Notes: a model not told the origin generated them from the letters alone. A DNA stretch of 64,000 nucleotides from Sphingopyxis sp. (GCF_034380315.1 NZ_JAXMPB010000012.1:21055-85054), one strand, 5' to 3'. Positions 1-10,996 are shown, counted from the first letter of the stretch. Translations and numbers: made by a program.

Positions 1-389
1 AACATATCGAGTTTTTTCACCTCGCCCACCGCCTGCGTCGAAGCGGTCAGATCGACACCGGCACCCGGCTGGAAAAGATTGACCATGACAAGGCCGAGGC
101 TGATCGAAATCAGGCTGGCGAGCATGAACCAGATGATCGCGCGCACGCCGATCCGGCCCAGTGCGGTACTGTCGCCCATATGCGCGATGCCCGACACCAA
201 AGTGGCCAGGATCAAGGGCGCGACCAGCATCTTGATCAGGTTGAGGAAGATCGTCGACAGCAGGCCGAAACTCTTCAACCAATATTCGAACGTTTCGGTA
301 CCGGCAGGTACGGCGACGCGGACCAGATAACCGGCGACAACGCCCAGTATCATCCCGATCAGAATGTAGATTGTCAGGCGTTTCGCCAT
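1..389 (-). CDS. Dicarboxylate/amino acid:cation symporter (DAACS, DctA/GltP family), runs off window edge
   Basis: Manual translation from ATG at 389: MAKRLTIYILIGMILGVVAG...FLNLIKMLVAPLILATLVSGIA, typical DAACS N-terminus; GAGGGG SD upstream. Absent from the ORF track because it is truncated. Confidence 0.85.
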   Translation of the reverse strand, partial: MAKRLTIYILIGMILGVVAGYLVRVAVPAGTETFEYWLKSFGLLSTIFLNLIKMLVAPLILATLVSGIAHMGDSTALGRIGVRAIIWFMLASLISISLGLVMVNLFQPGAGVDLTASTQAVGEVKKLDM

Positions 390-483
390 TTGGTCATTCC
401 CCTCTTCGCCCACTCGGCAGCGAACCTCAAACAGGCCGCGTATCAGCCCGCGAGATCACGGGCAATCTTCAGATTTCATGTTG

Positions 484-2274
484 TCAAACGAGCAGTGCGA
501 TCGCCGCACATGTGGCCACCCCGACGACGATGGTCAGCGGGATTCCAGCCCGGAAAAAATCGATGAAACGATAGTTGCCCGCAGCATAGACCAATGTGTT
601 TGTCTGATAACCGATGGGCGTCGCAAAGCTCGCCGAGGCGGCGAACATGACCGCGATAACCAGCGGATAGGGATCGACGCCCAATTCGCGCGCGACCGCG
701 ATGGCCAGCGGCGTCACCAGAATGGCGACGGCATTGTTGGTAATAATCTCGGTCAGCAATACCGACACCACATAGGTGGCGACGATCAGCGCCCATGGCG
801 GCACTTCGCGCAGAAGCGGGGTCAACTCGCGCACCACCAGTCCGACACTGCCCGAGTTTTCGAGCGCCAGGCCGACCGCCAGCATCGCAAAGATCAGGAC
901 CAGCACATTGCCGTCGATCGAATCCCAAGCCTCATCGGCATCGATGCAGCGGGTGACGAGGATCAAGCCAACCCCGATGACCGCGGCAACGCCGATGTCC
1001 ATGATGTTGAAGGTCGCGAGCAGGATCACACCGAGCAGCGCACCAATCGCGATCGGCGCCTTGCTACGCCGGAATTCCCGTTCGCTGGTCGATCCCACGC
1101 CATAAAGATGCGGGTTCCCATACATCTGTTCGATCTGGTCGGCCCGTCCGGTCACGAGAACCCGGTCGATCGCCTGAACGCGCGCATTGGGAAGGTCCGG
1201 CCCCGGCGTCTTGCGGAAGCGAGCAATGCCGAGAATGCGCACCTTGAGCGCGGACAGGAAAGGAATTTCAACGAGGCGACGGCCGATCGCCGGATGGCTG
1301 GGCGCGATCATCGCTTCGACCACCATGTCGCTGTCCTGTGCGATATCGTCATGCCCGGCCGTCAGACCGATCGCCACATTCTTGTTTACACGCAGCGACA
1401 GGAGTTCGGCCAGTTCGAGACGCAGGACGAGGCGATCTTCCGCTTCCAGCACTTCATCGGCAACGCCGGTGCGGCGCAGGTTGGCGCCGCGCTTTAACCC
1501 GACAAGTTTGACGTTGGCGCGTTTGGCGAAGGGCACATCGCCGACGCGGCGGCCAACCAGATTGCCGCCCTTCAATATGCGAACCTCGGAAAGGAAGCTG
1601 CGATGCTCCTGGCTTAACGCGATTTGCGACGGCGTGTCGTCGGGCAGAAAACGACGCGCGATGAACAGCAACGCGAGCACGCCCGACACGCCCGCCACCA
1701 AGCCGACCGGCGTGATGGTGAAAATTCCGAACCGGTCGAGGCCATTTTCTTCGGCCACCGCAGCCACGAGCAGGTTGGTTGACGTGCCGACAAGGGTGGT
1801 TGTTCCGCCCAAAATACAGACGAAAGACAGCGGCATCAGCAATCGCTTGGCGCTGATCCCCAACGCCACCGCCAGTTTGAGCATGATCGGGATCATCACC
1901 ACGACGACCGGCGTGTTGTTGAGAAAAGCAGAGGCGACATAAACGCCGAGGAACATTTCCGCGAGGGCCAGCTTGGGATGCCGCTGGGCCCGCGCAATGA
2001 TGCGGTTCGCAATCGCGTCGAGCGTCCCGGTACGCAGCAAGGCGCCCGACAGGATGAACATCGCGCCGATCGTCACCGGGGCAGGATTGGAAAAGACCGA
2101 AAACAGATCCTTGCCCGACAAGATGCCAAGGAAAAGGAATGTGCAGGTTCCCAGGATCGCCACCACCGTCGCCGGGAAGCGCTCCATCACAAAACCCACG
2201 AACATCAGCCCCAGAACGATCAGGCCAATAATCGCCTGATATTCCAGGATGACGGTCTGGGCGGACTCGATCAT
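484..2274 (-). CDS. SLC13 family permease with TrkA-C (RCK_C) domains
   Basis: Hydrophobic N and C halves; motifs SAFLNNTPVV, LGGTTTLVGTSTNL, SFATPIGYQTN; soluble central region. Confidence 0.9.
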   Translation of the reverse strand: MIESAQTVILEYQAIIGLIVLGLMFVGFVMERFPATVVAILGTCTFLFLGILSGKDLFSVFSNPAPVTIGAMFILSGALLRTGTLDAIANRIIARAQRHPKLALAEMFLGVYVASAFLNNTPVVVVMIPIMLKLAVALGISAKRLLMPLSFVCILGGTTTLVGTSTNLLVAAVAEENGLDRFGIFTITPVGLVAGVSGVLALLFIARRFLPDDTPSQIALSQEHRSFLSEVRILKGGNLVGRRVGDVPFAKRANVKLVGLKRGANLRRTGVADEVLEAEDRLVLRLELAELLSLRVNKNVAIGLTAGHDDIAQDSDMVVEAMIAPSHPAIGRRLVEIPFLSALKVRILGIARFRKTPGPDLPNARVQAIDRVLVTGRADQIEQMYGNPHLYGVGSTSEREFRRSKAPIAIGALLGVILLATFNIMDIGVAAVIGVGLILVTRCIDADEAWDSIDGNVLVLIFAMLAVGLALENSGSVGLVVRELTPLLREVPPWALIVATYVVSVLLTEIITNNAVAILVTPLAIAVARELGVDPYPLVIAVMFAASASFATPIGYQTNTLVYAAGNYRFIDFFRAGIPLTIVVGVATCAAIALLV

Positions 2275-2281
2275 CGCGGTC

Positions 2282-3358
2282 TTATCCGCACTGGGCCCGA
2301 TGGAGCAGCTTGTGATCGGCGAGCACCAGCGCCATCATCGCTTCGACGACAGGCACGCCGCGAATGCCCACGCAGGGATCATGGCGCCCCTTGGTGACGA
2401 TATCGGTCGCTTCTCCCGCGCGGTTGATCGTCGGTACCGGCGTCAGGATCGAACTGGTCGGCTTGAAGGCGACGCGCACCACGACCGGCTGACCAGTTGA
2501 AATGCCACCCGCAATGCCGCCCGCATTATTCGACAGAAAATCGGGACGGTTGCTACCATCGGAGGCCGGGCGCATGGGATCGGCATTCTGTTCGCCGCGC
2601 AGCCGCGCCGCGCCGAAACCAGCGCCGATTTCGATCCCCTTGACCGCATTGATGCCCATCATTGCAGCCGCGAGGTCGGCGTCGAGCTTGCCATAAACCG
2701 GTGCGCCCCAGCCCGCGGGGACCCCGCTTGCCGCGCATTCGATTACCGCACCCAGCGAACTGCCCGCCTTGCGCGCTTCGTCCATCAGCCCTTCCCAACG
2801 CTGGGCCGCCGCAGGGTCAGGACAGAAAAAGGGATTGCGATCGATTTCCTCGAGATCGAAATTTGCAGCGTCGATGGCATCGCCGCCGATTTCGGCGACC
2901 CAGGCATGAATCTGCACCTCCGGGATCGCCAACCGCGCCACCGCGCCCGCAGCAACGCGCGCAGCGGTTTCACGCGCACTCGACCGGCCACCGCCGCGAT
3001 AGTCGCGAATCCCATATTTTGCATCATAGGCATAATCGGCATGACCGGGGCGATAGGCCTGGGCGATCTCCCCATAATCCTTCGATCGCTGATCGACATT
3101 ATCGATCATCAGGCTGATGGGCGTTCCTGTCGTCTTGCCTTCGAACACGCCCGACAGGATGCGGACCTGGTCCGGTTCGCGCCGCTGTGTCGTGTGGCGC
3201 GACTGCCCCGGTCGGCGCTTGTCGAGAAAAGGTTGGATGTCGGCTTCGGACAGCGAGAGGCGCGGCGGACAGCCATCGATCACGGCGCCTAGCGCAAGCC
3301 CGTGGCTTTCCCCCCAAGTCGTGAAACGAAGAACCCGCCCGAAACTGTTGAAACTCAT
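2282..3358 (-). CDS. aroC: Chorismate synthase
   Basis: [37 protein letters not shown] signatures. Confidence 0.98.
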   Translation of the reverse strand: MSFNSFGRVLRFTTWGESHGLALGAVIDGCPPRLSLSEADIQPFLDKRRPGQSRHTTQRREPDQVRILSGVFEGKTTGTPISLMIDNVDQRSKDYGEIAQAYRPGHADYAYDAKYGIRDYRGGGRSSARETAARVAAGAVARLAIPEVQIHAWVAEIGGDAIDAANFDLEEIDRNPFFCPDPAAAQRWEGLMDEARKAGSSLGAVIECAASGVPAGWGAPVYGKLDADLAAAMMGINAVKGIEIGAGFGAARLRGEQNADPMRPASDGSNRPDFLSNNAGGIAGGISTGQPVVVRVAFKPTSSILTPVPTINRAGEATDIVTKGRHDPCVGIRGVPVVEAMMALVLADHKLLHRAQCG

Positions 3359-3361
3359 CAC

Positions 3362-3892
3362 TTACCCCAATCGGCCGAATGCCGGTGCGTAATCTGCGCG
3401 GCCGCCTTGCGGCCAAGCCGCGCCGCTGTCCAGCATCATGGCCATGAAATACGGTCCTGCAAAGGGCGAGGTAAATCGCGCCGCAAGTTCGGGGACATAG
3501 CCGAAGCGCGGATAATAGTCCTGATGCCCCAGGACAAAGCTGATCGCGATTCCCCGCTCGCGCAGCGTCTGAAGGCCGGCGCGGATCAGCGAACCGCCAA
3601 TCCCCTGCCCCTGCACATCCGGCGCAGTGGCCACCGGCCCCAACCCGGCACCGGACAGCGAAACGCCGTCGGCTTCAACGTCCATGCGGCTGAACAATAC
3701 ATGCCCCACGATCGCCCGATCGCGCTCCGCAACAAGCGACAGCAGCACATCGCCATCGTCGGCAAGCCGGTGGACCAGTTCCGCCTCGCCCTGATGCCCA
3801 TATTCGGTCGCCGCAAAGGCCGTGCGGATCAGCGCCTGAATCGCTGCATCATCGGTCGCCGCAGCAGGCCGGATGCAAAGCGGATCAGGCAA
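3362..3892 (-). CDS. GNAT N-acetyltransferase (YhbS-like)
   Basis: LGPVATAPDVQGQGIGGSLI acetyl-CoA motif, VLGHQDYYPRFGY. Confidence 0.9.
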   Translation of the reverse strand: MPDPLCIRPAAATDDAAIQALIRTAFAATEYGHQGEAELVHRLADDGDVLLSLVAERDRAIVGHVLFSRMDVEADGVSLSGAGLGPVATAPDVQGQGIGGSLIRAGLQTLRERGIAISFVLGHQDYYPRFGYVPELAARFTSPFAGPYFMAMMLDSGAAWPQGGRADYAPAFGRLG

Positions 3893-4712
3893 GCGTGATG
3901 TCCGGTGCGTCTTCCTGCTTCATCCCGACGGTGTGATAGCCCGCATCGACATGATGGGTTTCACCGGTCACGCCCGCCGACAGGTCACTGAGCAAATAAA
4001 GCGCCGAACCGCCGACATCGTCGATGGTGACGTTGCGGCGTAGGGGGGCGTTATTTTCGTTCCATTTAAGTATAAGGCGGAAATCGCCGATACCCGAGGC
4101 GGCCAGCGTCTTGATCGGTCCCGCCGAAATCGCGTTCACGCGCACCCCTTGCGGGCCATAGTCGTTGGCGAGATATTTGACGCTGGTTTCGAGCGCCGAT
4201 TTCGCGACCCCCATGACGTTATAGTGCGGGATCACCTTTTCAGCGCCATAGTAGGACAGCGTCAGCAGCGATCCGCCGCCGGCCCCCGTTTCGGGATCGA
4301 AGGGCGTCATCATCTCTGCCGCGCGCCGGGCGACGGCGGTAAAGCTGTACACGCTGATGTTCATCGTCATCAGGAAATCGTCGAGCGTCACATCGGCATA
4401 TTTGCCCCGCAACGCTTCCTTGTTGGTATAGCCGATGGCGTGGACGACGAAATCGATCGTCGGCCAGCGCGCGGCCAGCGTCGCGAACGCCGCATCCAGA
4501 TTGTCCATGTCGCCGACGTCGCAGTCGATCAGGAAATCGCAGCCCAGCTGATCGGCCAGCGGCTTGACCCGTTTCAGCATCACATCGCCCTGATAGCTGA
4601 TCGCCAGCTCTGCCCCTTGCGCATGCAGCGCCCTGGCAATGCCCCAGGCGAGCGACTTGTCATTGGCAAGGCCCATGATCAATCCGCGCTTGCCCTTCAT
4701 CAGACCCGTCAT
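3885..4712 (-). CDS. fabI: Enoyl-ACP reductase FabI
   Basis: GLANDKSLAWGIA, YNVMGVAKSALE, VNAISAGPIKTLAA. Confidence 0.97.
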   Translation of the reverse strand: MTGLMKGKRGLIMGLANDKSLAWGIARALHAQGAELAISYQGDVMLKRVKPLADQLGCDFLIDCDVGDMDNLDAAFATLAARWPTIDFVVHAIGYTNKEALRGKYADVTLDDFLMTMNISVYSFTAVARRAAEMMTPFDPETGAGGGSLLTLSYYGAEKVIPHYNVMGVAKSALETSVKYLANDYGPQGVRVNAISAGPIKTLAASGIGDFRLILKWNENNAPLRRNVTIDDVGGSALYLLSDLSAGVTGETHHVDAGYHTVGMKQEDAPDITLA

Positions 4713-5791
4713 TCCGTTTCTCCGGCTTTCTTGTTTTCGACCAAAGTGTCGTCCGAGCGCCCCATAGCGTCATGTCCCAAATCCTCAACCTCGACGAGCG
4801 CGGCGTTGAGTTCGGCACCCATCACCATACCCAATCCGACGAGGTAGAAAAAGAAGAGCGCGATCATGACGCCCGCCAGGCTGCCATAAGTGGCGTCATA
4901 GCGGAAAAGGCCCGCAAGCAAAGGCGGCAGCGCCAGAGTGACCCCGATCCACCACAAGGTGGTGAAAAGCGCCCCCGGCCATTTGGGGAATTGCCGCCCG
5001 CGATATTTCGACGGGGTCAGCGACAGGAAGAGGAAATAGATCGCGACGAACAGCCCCACCCCCGACACGCCCCGCGAAATGGCGACGACCCCGGCCGCCT
5101 GATATGCCTGGGGCAGGACGCGGCTGACGAATTGTTCGACCCCGACGATCAGCACCTGCATACTGAACGACAACAGCATCAGCACCACCGCGCCCGTCAC
5201 GATCCCGATCGACAGCAAGCGATAGTGAAAGAAGCCCCGGCTGAAATGGGTGCCATAGGCGCGCCGCAGAATATCGCGGATCGTTTCGATGAGATTGCCC
5301 ACCGTCCACAGCGCGACGAGCGCGCCCAACCACAAAAAGGGACCGGTCCGCGCGTTCATCACCTCGCGGATCGGTTCGGCGAGTGCCCCCGCGACCGACG
5401 GCGGCATGGTCGAAAACACCGCCTCGACCGCTTCCTCTCCGCCGATGCTGCCGCCCACGAGGCTGAGCACCGCGGCGAGCAGGATGAAAAAGGGAAACAG
5501 GGCGATCAACGCCAGATAGGCGAGGTTTCCGGCGTGAATGAAGCCGTCGGTATAGGTGCCCACAACGACGCGCCGCAGCACGCGGAACAGCCGGGTTCCA
5601 GGACCGATTCTTTCCCGGCTGCGATCGAGCAAACCCTGCGCCCGCCCACGCAGCTTGATCCGCTTTTCGCGTTCGGCACGTGCCTCGGGGGAATGGGGCG
5701 AATGCCCTTCGGCCAGATATTCCTGATCGACTTCGGCGGCTACCTCGCGCGCCAGCGCATCGGCCGCTTGCTGCTCGAAGCGATCAGCCAC
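4709..5791 (-). CDS. YihY/virulence factor BrkB family membrane protein
   Basis: AGNLAYLALIALFP, YDATYGSLAGVMIALFFFY. Confidence 0.9.
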   Translation of the reverse strand: MADRFEQQAADALAREVAAEVDQEYLAEGHSPHSPEARAEREKRIKLRGRAQGLLDRSRERIGPGTRLFRVLRRVVVGTYTDGFIHAGNLAYLALIALFPFFILLAAVLSLVGGSIGGEEAVEAVFSTMPPSVAGALAEPIREVMNARTGPFLWLGALVALWTVGNLIETIRDILRRAYGTHFSRGFFHYRLLSIGIVTGAVVLMLLSFSMQVLIVGVEQFVSRVLPQAYQAAGVVAISRGVSGVGLFVAIYFLFLSLTPSKYRGRQFPKWPGALFTTLWWIGVTLALPPLLAGLFRYDATYGSLAGVMIALFFFYLVGLGMVMGAELNAALVEVEDLGHDAMGRSDDTLVENKKAGETE

Positions 5792-5794
5792 GCA

Positions 5795-6712
5795 TCACAC
5801 GCCAAGGTCCGCCCGCACCGCGCGACCGTCGGCCCACGCCTCGATCAACTTGGCGAGATCGGCATCATCGGCCGGAATATCGACCATCAAGCGAACAAGC
5901 TGGTCACCGCGCCCGCCGCCCTTTTGCGAAAAGCCCTTGCCCTTGAGCCGCATCACCTTGCCCGAGCTGGACCCGGCGGGGATCGACAGCATCACGGGCC
6001 CGTCGACGGTCGGCACCTTGATCTTTGCGCCCTTGACCGCCTCGGTCAGGGTAATCGGCAGGTCGAGGCGAATATGGGCGCCCTCGCGCACGAAAAAGGG
6101 GTGATCGCGCACGGTGATCGTGACGATCCCGTCGCCATGACCGCCCGGCCCCGCCTGTCCCTTGCCGGCCAGCCGCATCTGCGTGCCGGTTTCGACCCCG
6201 GCCGGAAGTTTGAGATCGATGGTCCCGCCATCGGCCAGTGTGATGCGTTGCGGCGCCTGGGTCGCGGCATCGACGAAATTGACCGCCAGCCGATAGGCGA
6301 CGTTCGCACCCTTTGCCGGGGGAGCGCTGCGCCCGCCGAAGCCGCCAAAGGGATTTCCGCCGCCACCCCCACCGCGACCAAACAACCCTTCGAAAATGTC
6401 GCCGAAATCGGCCCCTTCGCCGCCGAAGCCGCCCTGGCTGGCGCGCGGATCGCCGCGAAACCCGCCACCATAGCCATAGGGCATGGCCGGATTGCCGTCG
6501 CCGTCAATCTCTCCGCGGTCGAACTGCGCCCGCTTCGTCTTGTCGGACAGCAGGTCATAGGCCTTGGTCACATCGGAAAAGCGTTCCGCCGCCTTCGGAT
6601 TGTCCTTGTTCCGGTCGGGGTGCAATTCCTTTGCCAGCTTGCGATACGCCGATTTGATCTCGGCCTCGCTCGCGCTTTTCGCCACGCCCAGGGTGGAATA
6701 GGGATCTGCCAT
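5795..6712 (-). CDS. DnaJ-class chaperone (J domain, G/F region, DnaJ C-terminal domain, no Zn finger; CbpA-like)
   Basis: DPYSTLGV...LHPDRN J domain; Gly/Phe-rich linker; C-terminal GKGF...GDQLV. Confidence 0.92.
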   Translation of the reverse strand: MADPYSTLGVAKSASEAEIKSAYRKLAKELHPDRNKDNPKAAERFSDVTKAYDLLSDKTKRAQFDRGEIDGDGNPAMPYGYGGGFRGDPRASQGGFGGEGADFGDIFEGLFGRGGGGGGNPFGGFGGRSAPPAKGANVAYRLAVNFVDAATQAPQRITLADGGTIDLKLPAGVETGTQMRLAGKGQAGPGGHGDGIVTITVRDHPFFVREGAHIRLDLPITLTEAVKGAKIKVPTVDGPVMLSIPAGSSSGKVMRLKGKGFSQKGGGRGDQLVRLMVDIPADDADLAKLIEAWADGRAVRADLGV

Positions 6713-6842
6713 AACTCTTCTGTAGCCCGATTTCGCATGGGCCGTGAAGGCCCGATTGCGCGCTCATGTGGATATCCCCGCGGCGCGGGTCAAGTTCCCG
6801 TTCCGGCTCCGCTTTCGCTCGACCGCGACCGCGCGGCGCATT

Positions 6843-7436
6843 ATGAGTGCGGCCATGAGCATGAACCAACCCTTCGCCTTGTTCGACAGCTGGTACGCCG
6901 AAGCGCGCGCAAGCGAGCCAAATGACAGCAATGCGATGGCCCTTGCCACCACGACGCCCGATGGCCGGCCTTCGGTGCGCATGGTGCTGTTGAAGGGGCA
7001 CGGCCCCGACGGGTTCGTCTTTTACACCAATCTCGACAGCCGAAAGGGCGGCGAACTGGCCGCCAATCCGCATGTCGCCCTGTTGTTTCACTGGAAATCG
7101 CTGCGCCGCCAGATCCGGATCGAGGGCCCGGTATCGCCGGTCGATGAGGCAACCGCCGACGCCTATTTCGCGTCGCGCAGCCGCGACAGCCAATTGGGTG
7201 CATGGGCCAGCGACCAGTCGCGCCCGCTGGACAGCCGCGCCACTTTCGAGGCCCGTTTCGATGCGATGCAGACGAAATTCGAAGGTCAGGACGTCCCCCG
7301 CCCGCCGCGCTGGTCGGGCTGGCGCGTGACGCCCGAACGCATCGAATTCTGGCAGGATCGTGCCCACCGGCTGCACGAACGCACCGTCTTTACCCGCGAG
7401 GGTGAGGGCTGGACCAGCGGATTCCTGTTTCCATGA
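6843..7436 (+). CDS. pdxH: Pyridoxamine 5'-phosphate oxidase
   Basis: [34 protein letters not shown]; start may be 6843, 6855 or 6861. Confidence 0.96.
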   Translation: MSAAMSMNQPFALFDSWYAEARASEPNDSNAMALATTTPDGRPSVRMVLLKGHGPDGFVFYTNLDSRKGGELAANPHVALLFHWKSLRRQIRIEGPVSPVDEATADAYFASRSRDSQLGAWASDQSRPLDSRATFEARFDAMQTKFEGQDVPRPPRWSGWRVTPERIEFWQDRAHRLHERTVFTREGEGWTSGFLFP

Positions 7437-8257
7437 GCTGGCGCCGCTTTCCCGTCACGCGCGTCGACGCTTTTGCCGACCGCGCTTTTTCGGGCAATCC
7501 GGCGGCGGTCATGCCCCTTGATGAATGGCTGAGCGACGATCTGTTGCAGGCGATGGCGGCGGAAAACAATCTGTCCGAAACCGCCTTTCTGGTTCCCGAC
7601 GAAAGCGACGCGGCCGATTATGAGCTGCGCTGGTTCACGCCGGGGATGGAGGTTGCCCTGTGCGGCCATGCCACGCTGGCCAGCGGCCACGTCCTGCTGT
7701 CGGCCGCGCCGTGGCGCAACGAAATGGTCTTTCGCACCCGCAAGGCCGGAATCCTGCGCGTCGCGCGGGCCGGAGACGATGACGAAGATCGTTACCGCAT
7801 GTCCTTGCCCGCCTATCCGGCCACGCCAAAATCCTTGCCAAGCATTGCAAAAGCCTTGGGCGGCGACATCGCCGAAACCTGTTGGCGCGATGATGGATAT
7901 GCGTTGATCGTCTATCGCGACGCCGCTGCGGTTCGGGCCCTGGAACCCGATTTCCGTGCCCTGCGCGCCGGAGGCGACATCGCCTATATCGCGACGGCCC
8001 CCGGCGACGGCGACCCGTCAGGCGCCGATATCGTCAGCCGCGTGTTCGTTCCGGGCGCGGGCATCGACGAAGACCCGGTGACGGGATCGGCGCATTGCGT
8101 CCTGGCACCATATTGGGCGGCGCGGTTGCAGCGCGATCATTTTTCCGCCTATCAGGCGAGCGCGCGCGGCGGACATCTGGCATGCCGCCTGGACGGCGAC
8201 CGGGTCGAGCTGTCGGGTGCGTGCGTTACGACGCTGACCGGCGAGTTCCTGCTATAG
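7433..8257 (+). CDS. PhzF family isomerase/epimerase
   Basis: [40 protein letters not shown]. Confidence 0.93.
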   Translation: MSWRRFPVTRVDAFADRAFSGNPAAVMPLDEWLSDDLLQAMAAENNLSETAFLVPDESDAADYELRWFTPGMEVALCGHATLASGHVLLSAAPWRNEMVFRTRKAGILRVARAGDDDEDRYRMSLPAYPATPKSLPSIAKALGGDIAETCWRDDGYALIVYRDAAAVRALEPDFRALRAGGDIAYIATAPGDGDPSGADIVSRVFVPGAGIDEDPVTGSAHCVLAPYWAARLQRDHFSAYQASARGGHLACRLDGDRVELSGACVTTLTGEFLL

Positions 8258-9409
8258 CGCCTGCGTGAGGTCGGCGAGGCGGCGGCGCAGCGCGGGAAAC
8301 TGTTCGTCACGGGTGACGCCCAGCCGCACGATCGTCACGCGCTGGGACGGCGAGACGATGATATACTGCCCCTGATGCCCGATGCAGGCGAACAGGTCGT
8401 TCGGCCCGCGGTCGGGCCATAGCGCCACCGGTTCCCCCGGCGAGCCAGGACGGTTGAGCCATATGTGGCCACCATAGGCCGCATCGTTCGCCGACGACGA
8501 CAGCATGAAGCGCATCCAGCTTTCGGGAAGCAGACGCTGGCCGTCCACGACGCCGTGACGGCGCAGAAACTCGCCGAACCGGGCATAGTCGCGCGCGGTC
8601 GCGTGCATGATCGATCCGCCGATCATCGTTCCCCTGGCGTCGAATTCCGGGGTCAGGCTGGTCATGCCGAGCGGTTCGACAAGGCGCCCGTCGATGAATT
8701 CGCGAACCGCCTCGCGCCGGGCCTCCGCATGGCGCGACGGGGTCAGCGTGTCGGCCAGAATGTCGGCCAGAATCACGCTGGTCGCCGAGCTGTAGTTGAA
8801 CAGCTCGCCAGGCCGCGCGACGGCGGGCTTGGCCTCCGCAAACCCCGCCATATCCTGTGCCGCCGCCCCGAACAGCATATCGACCGTGTCGCCATCCCAC
8901 ACCGGATCGCCGGCTTCGACATGTTCGAGCCCCGCCGACATGTGCAGCAATTGCCGCAAGGTGATCGCGCCGCGCGGATCGCCGCTGCGCTGCCATGCCG
9001 CGACGGGCGCCGGCCCGTCGAGCGACAAGCGCCCGTCGGACACGAGAAAGCCGATCAGTACCGCCGTGATGCTCTTGGCCATCGACCAGCTGATCAGCTT
9101 TGTCTCCGGCCCGAAACCCGGCGCATAGCGCTCGTAAATGGGCTCTCCGTCACGCAGCACAAAAAGCGCGCGCGTCTGTCCCACCTCATCGGCATCGGCG
9201 AACAGCGCGTCGGCCTTGCCCTTGATCGCCGGATCGAGCGCGGGAAGCAGCGGCAGGGTATCCGGCGTCACGGCATGATCGGGCGCGGCGCCAAGGTCCG
9301 GACGGGGTGCGGGCGGCGCAATACTGCCCTGTCCCGCCGCCTGGGTCAGCGACCAGCCGCAGAGCGCGGCGAGCGCGGCACTTGCCAGCATGGCTTTTTT
9401 CGTGATCAT
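8252..9409 (-). CDS. Serine hydrolase, beta-lactamase class C/AmpC-like family, with signal peptide
   Basis: SxxK (SWSMAKS), YSS, GHQGQ motifs; likely start ATG 9409 (MITKKAMLASAALAAL); the track ORF from 10069 is over-extended. Confidence 0.9.
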   Translation of the reverse strand: MITKKAMLASAALAALCGWSLTQAAGQGSIAPPAPRPDLGAAPDHAVTPDTLPLLPALDPAIKGKADALFADADEVGQTRALFVLRDGEPIYERYAPGFGPETKLISWSMAKSITAVLIGFLVSDGRLSLDGPAPVAAWQRSGDPRGAITLRQLLHMSAGLEHVEAGDPVWDGDTVDMLFGAAAQDMAGFAEAKPAVARPGELFNYSSATSVILADILADTLTPSRHAEARREAVREFIDGRLVEPLGMTSLTPEFDARGTMIGGSIMHATARDYARFGEFLRRHGVVDGQRLLPESWMRFMLSSSANDAAYGGHIWLNRPGSPGEPVALWPDRGPNDLFACIGHQGQYIIVSPSQRVTIVRLGVTRDEQFPALRRRLADLTQAL

Positions 9410-9415
9410 GGTGAT

Positions 9416-9865
9416 GTGACTAACACCAACCCGCCCGCATCGGCAACGCCGGACCCGTCGGCGGCGGCGCCCGGCCCCGACAACGGCGCCCCGTCGCCCG
9501 AAAAGCCCGAGGTGCCTGCCCGGCTGCGCGGGCGAAAGCGGAACGCCCCGCGTTGGGGCGGGTGCCTGCCCTGGGCGCTCGTGCTCGCGGTATTGCTGAC
9601 CGGGTTCCTGATCTGGAAATTCCCATCCTTCAAGGCGCAGGCCGAACTCGGATCGGCCTATGCCGCGCGCATCGGCTGTTCCTGCCGCTATGTGCAGGGG
9701 CGCAGCCTCGAAAGCTGCCAGAGCGATTTCGAACCCGGGATGGAAATCGTGTCGCTGAGCGAGGATCCGGCAACCAGGACGGTGACGGGCAGCGTCCCGC
9801 TGCTCGCCTCGCGCAGCGCGCGCTTCGCTGGCGCCAGCGGTTGCCTTCTCGACCCCAGCCGATAG
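9416..9865 (+). CDS. Membrane-anchored hypothetical protein resembling the N-terminal module of AmpC-like serine hydrolases
   Basis: 3' part of track ORF 8465..9865: TM helix WALVLAVLLTGFLIW, then GSAYAARIGCSCRYVQGRS...TRTVTGSVPLLASRSARFAGASGCLL; GTG start at 9416 uncertain. Confidence 0.75.
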   Translation: MTNTNPPASATPDPSAAAPGPDNGAPSPEKPEVPARLRGRKRNAPRWGGCLPWALVLAVLLTGFLIWKFPSFKAQAELGSAYAARIGCSCRYVQGRSLESCQSDFEPGMEIVSLSEDPATRTVTGSVPLLASRSARFAGASGCLLDPSR

Positions 9866-9981
9866 CCGCCGAAGCCGCCCGCAGAATAAGGATGCGCTGG
9901 AAACCGCGGACCTGGCCGGGGCGCATCCCCGCGCGTGCGGCGCAATGCCGCGGTCCTGTTTTCCATTCGCCCCCCACCGAC

Positions 9982-10920
9982 TCAGGCGTGGACGCCTCCC
10001 CCTTCCAGAAAGGCATCCATCGCCGCGTTGACTTGGTCGGGCGCCTCCCACGGCACGAAATGCCCGCACCCCGGCACCGTCACAATGGTGGCATTGGGGA
10101 CCAGTTCTTCGATCCCGTCAAGATTGCACGGCGGCAGCGCGGTGTCGTCGAGCGCCCAGATCACCAGCGTCGGAATGCCAAGCAGGGGAAAGGGCGCGGC
10201 CGGAAGCGGTGCGAAAGCGTCGGTCATCGCCGGAACGTCGATCGGCGAGGCGCGATACCAGTTGATCATCGCGCGGCAGGCGTCCCGGTCCTCCCAATCC
10301 TTGAGCAACCGGCCGATCTCGTCGGACGGTTGTAGCCCGCCGCTCGGCACGCGGTCGGCGAACGCATGGGCGAGCAGCCCCGCAATCCCATGCGCCTCGA
10401 TGATCGCGTCGCTCGCGGGGTCGCGGAAAACACGGATATACTGGCTCGACGCCCGTTGTTGCGGATCGGTCGCGAGCAGCCGTTGGAACAGGCCCGGATG
10501 CGGCGCATTGGCAATCACCGCGCGGGTGACGCGCCCGGCCCAGTCGGGATGCAGCCCGCCCGGCTGGCCGCCAAGCGCGATGCCCCAGGCGATCGCACCG
10601 CCCCAGTCATGACCCACGATCGTAAAGTCCCGCACATCGAGCGCATCGGCGAGCGCGAATATGTCGGCGATCAGCTTGTCGGGGGTATAGGCGTCGACCT
10701 GTTGCGGCTTTGACGAACCGCGATAGCCGCGCTGATCGGGGGCAATACAGCGAAAGCGCCTGGCAAAATGGGGAAGCTGGTGGCGCCAGGTACGATGCGA
10801 TTCGGGAAAGCCGTGCAGAAAGATCAGGACCGGCGCATCGCGCGGCCCTATGTCGACGGTATCGATTTCCACCCCGGTCGACAGCGTCACCCGCCGCAGT
10901 TCGAAATCGTCCATCGCCAT
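9982..10920 (-). CDS. Alpha/beta hydrolase (epoxide hydrolase-like)
   Basis: HGFPE oxyanion motif, GHDWGG Asp nucleophile, C-terminal GHFV. Confidence 0.92.
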   Translation of the reverse strand: MAMDDFELRRVTLSTGVEIDTVDIGPRDAPVLIFLHGFPESHRTWRHQLPHFARRFRCIAPDQRGYRGSSKPQQVDAYTPDKLIADIFALADALDVRDFTIVGHDWGGAIAWGIALGGQPGGLHPDWAGRVTRAVIANAPHPGLFQRLLATDPQQRASSQYIRVFRDPASDAIIEAHGIAGLLAHAFADRVPSGGLQPSDEIGRLLKDWEDRDACRAMINWYRASPIDVPAMTDAFAPLPAAPFPLLGIPTLVIWALDDTALPPCNLDGIEELVPNATIVTVPGCGHFVPWEAPDQVNAAMDAFLEGGGVHA

Positions 10921-10996
10921 CCACTCCTTTGGTTTCGTTTCGCAACGAGAGTGGCGACAAACCGCCCCGCTGACAAGAGTGTCAGTGAAATCGGAG

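Noticed and set aside
4772-6925. 717-aa plus-strand ORF
   Set aside because: Antisense shadow of yihY and the dnaJ-class gene; no motifs; typical of high-GC DNA
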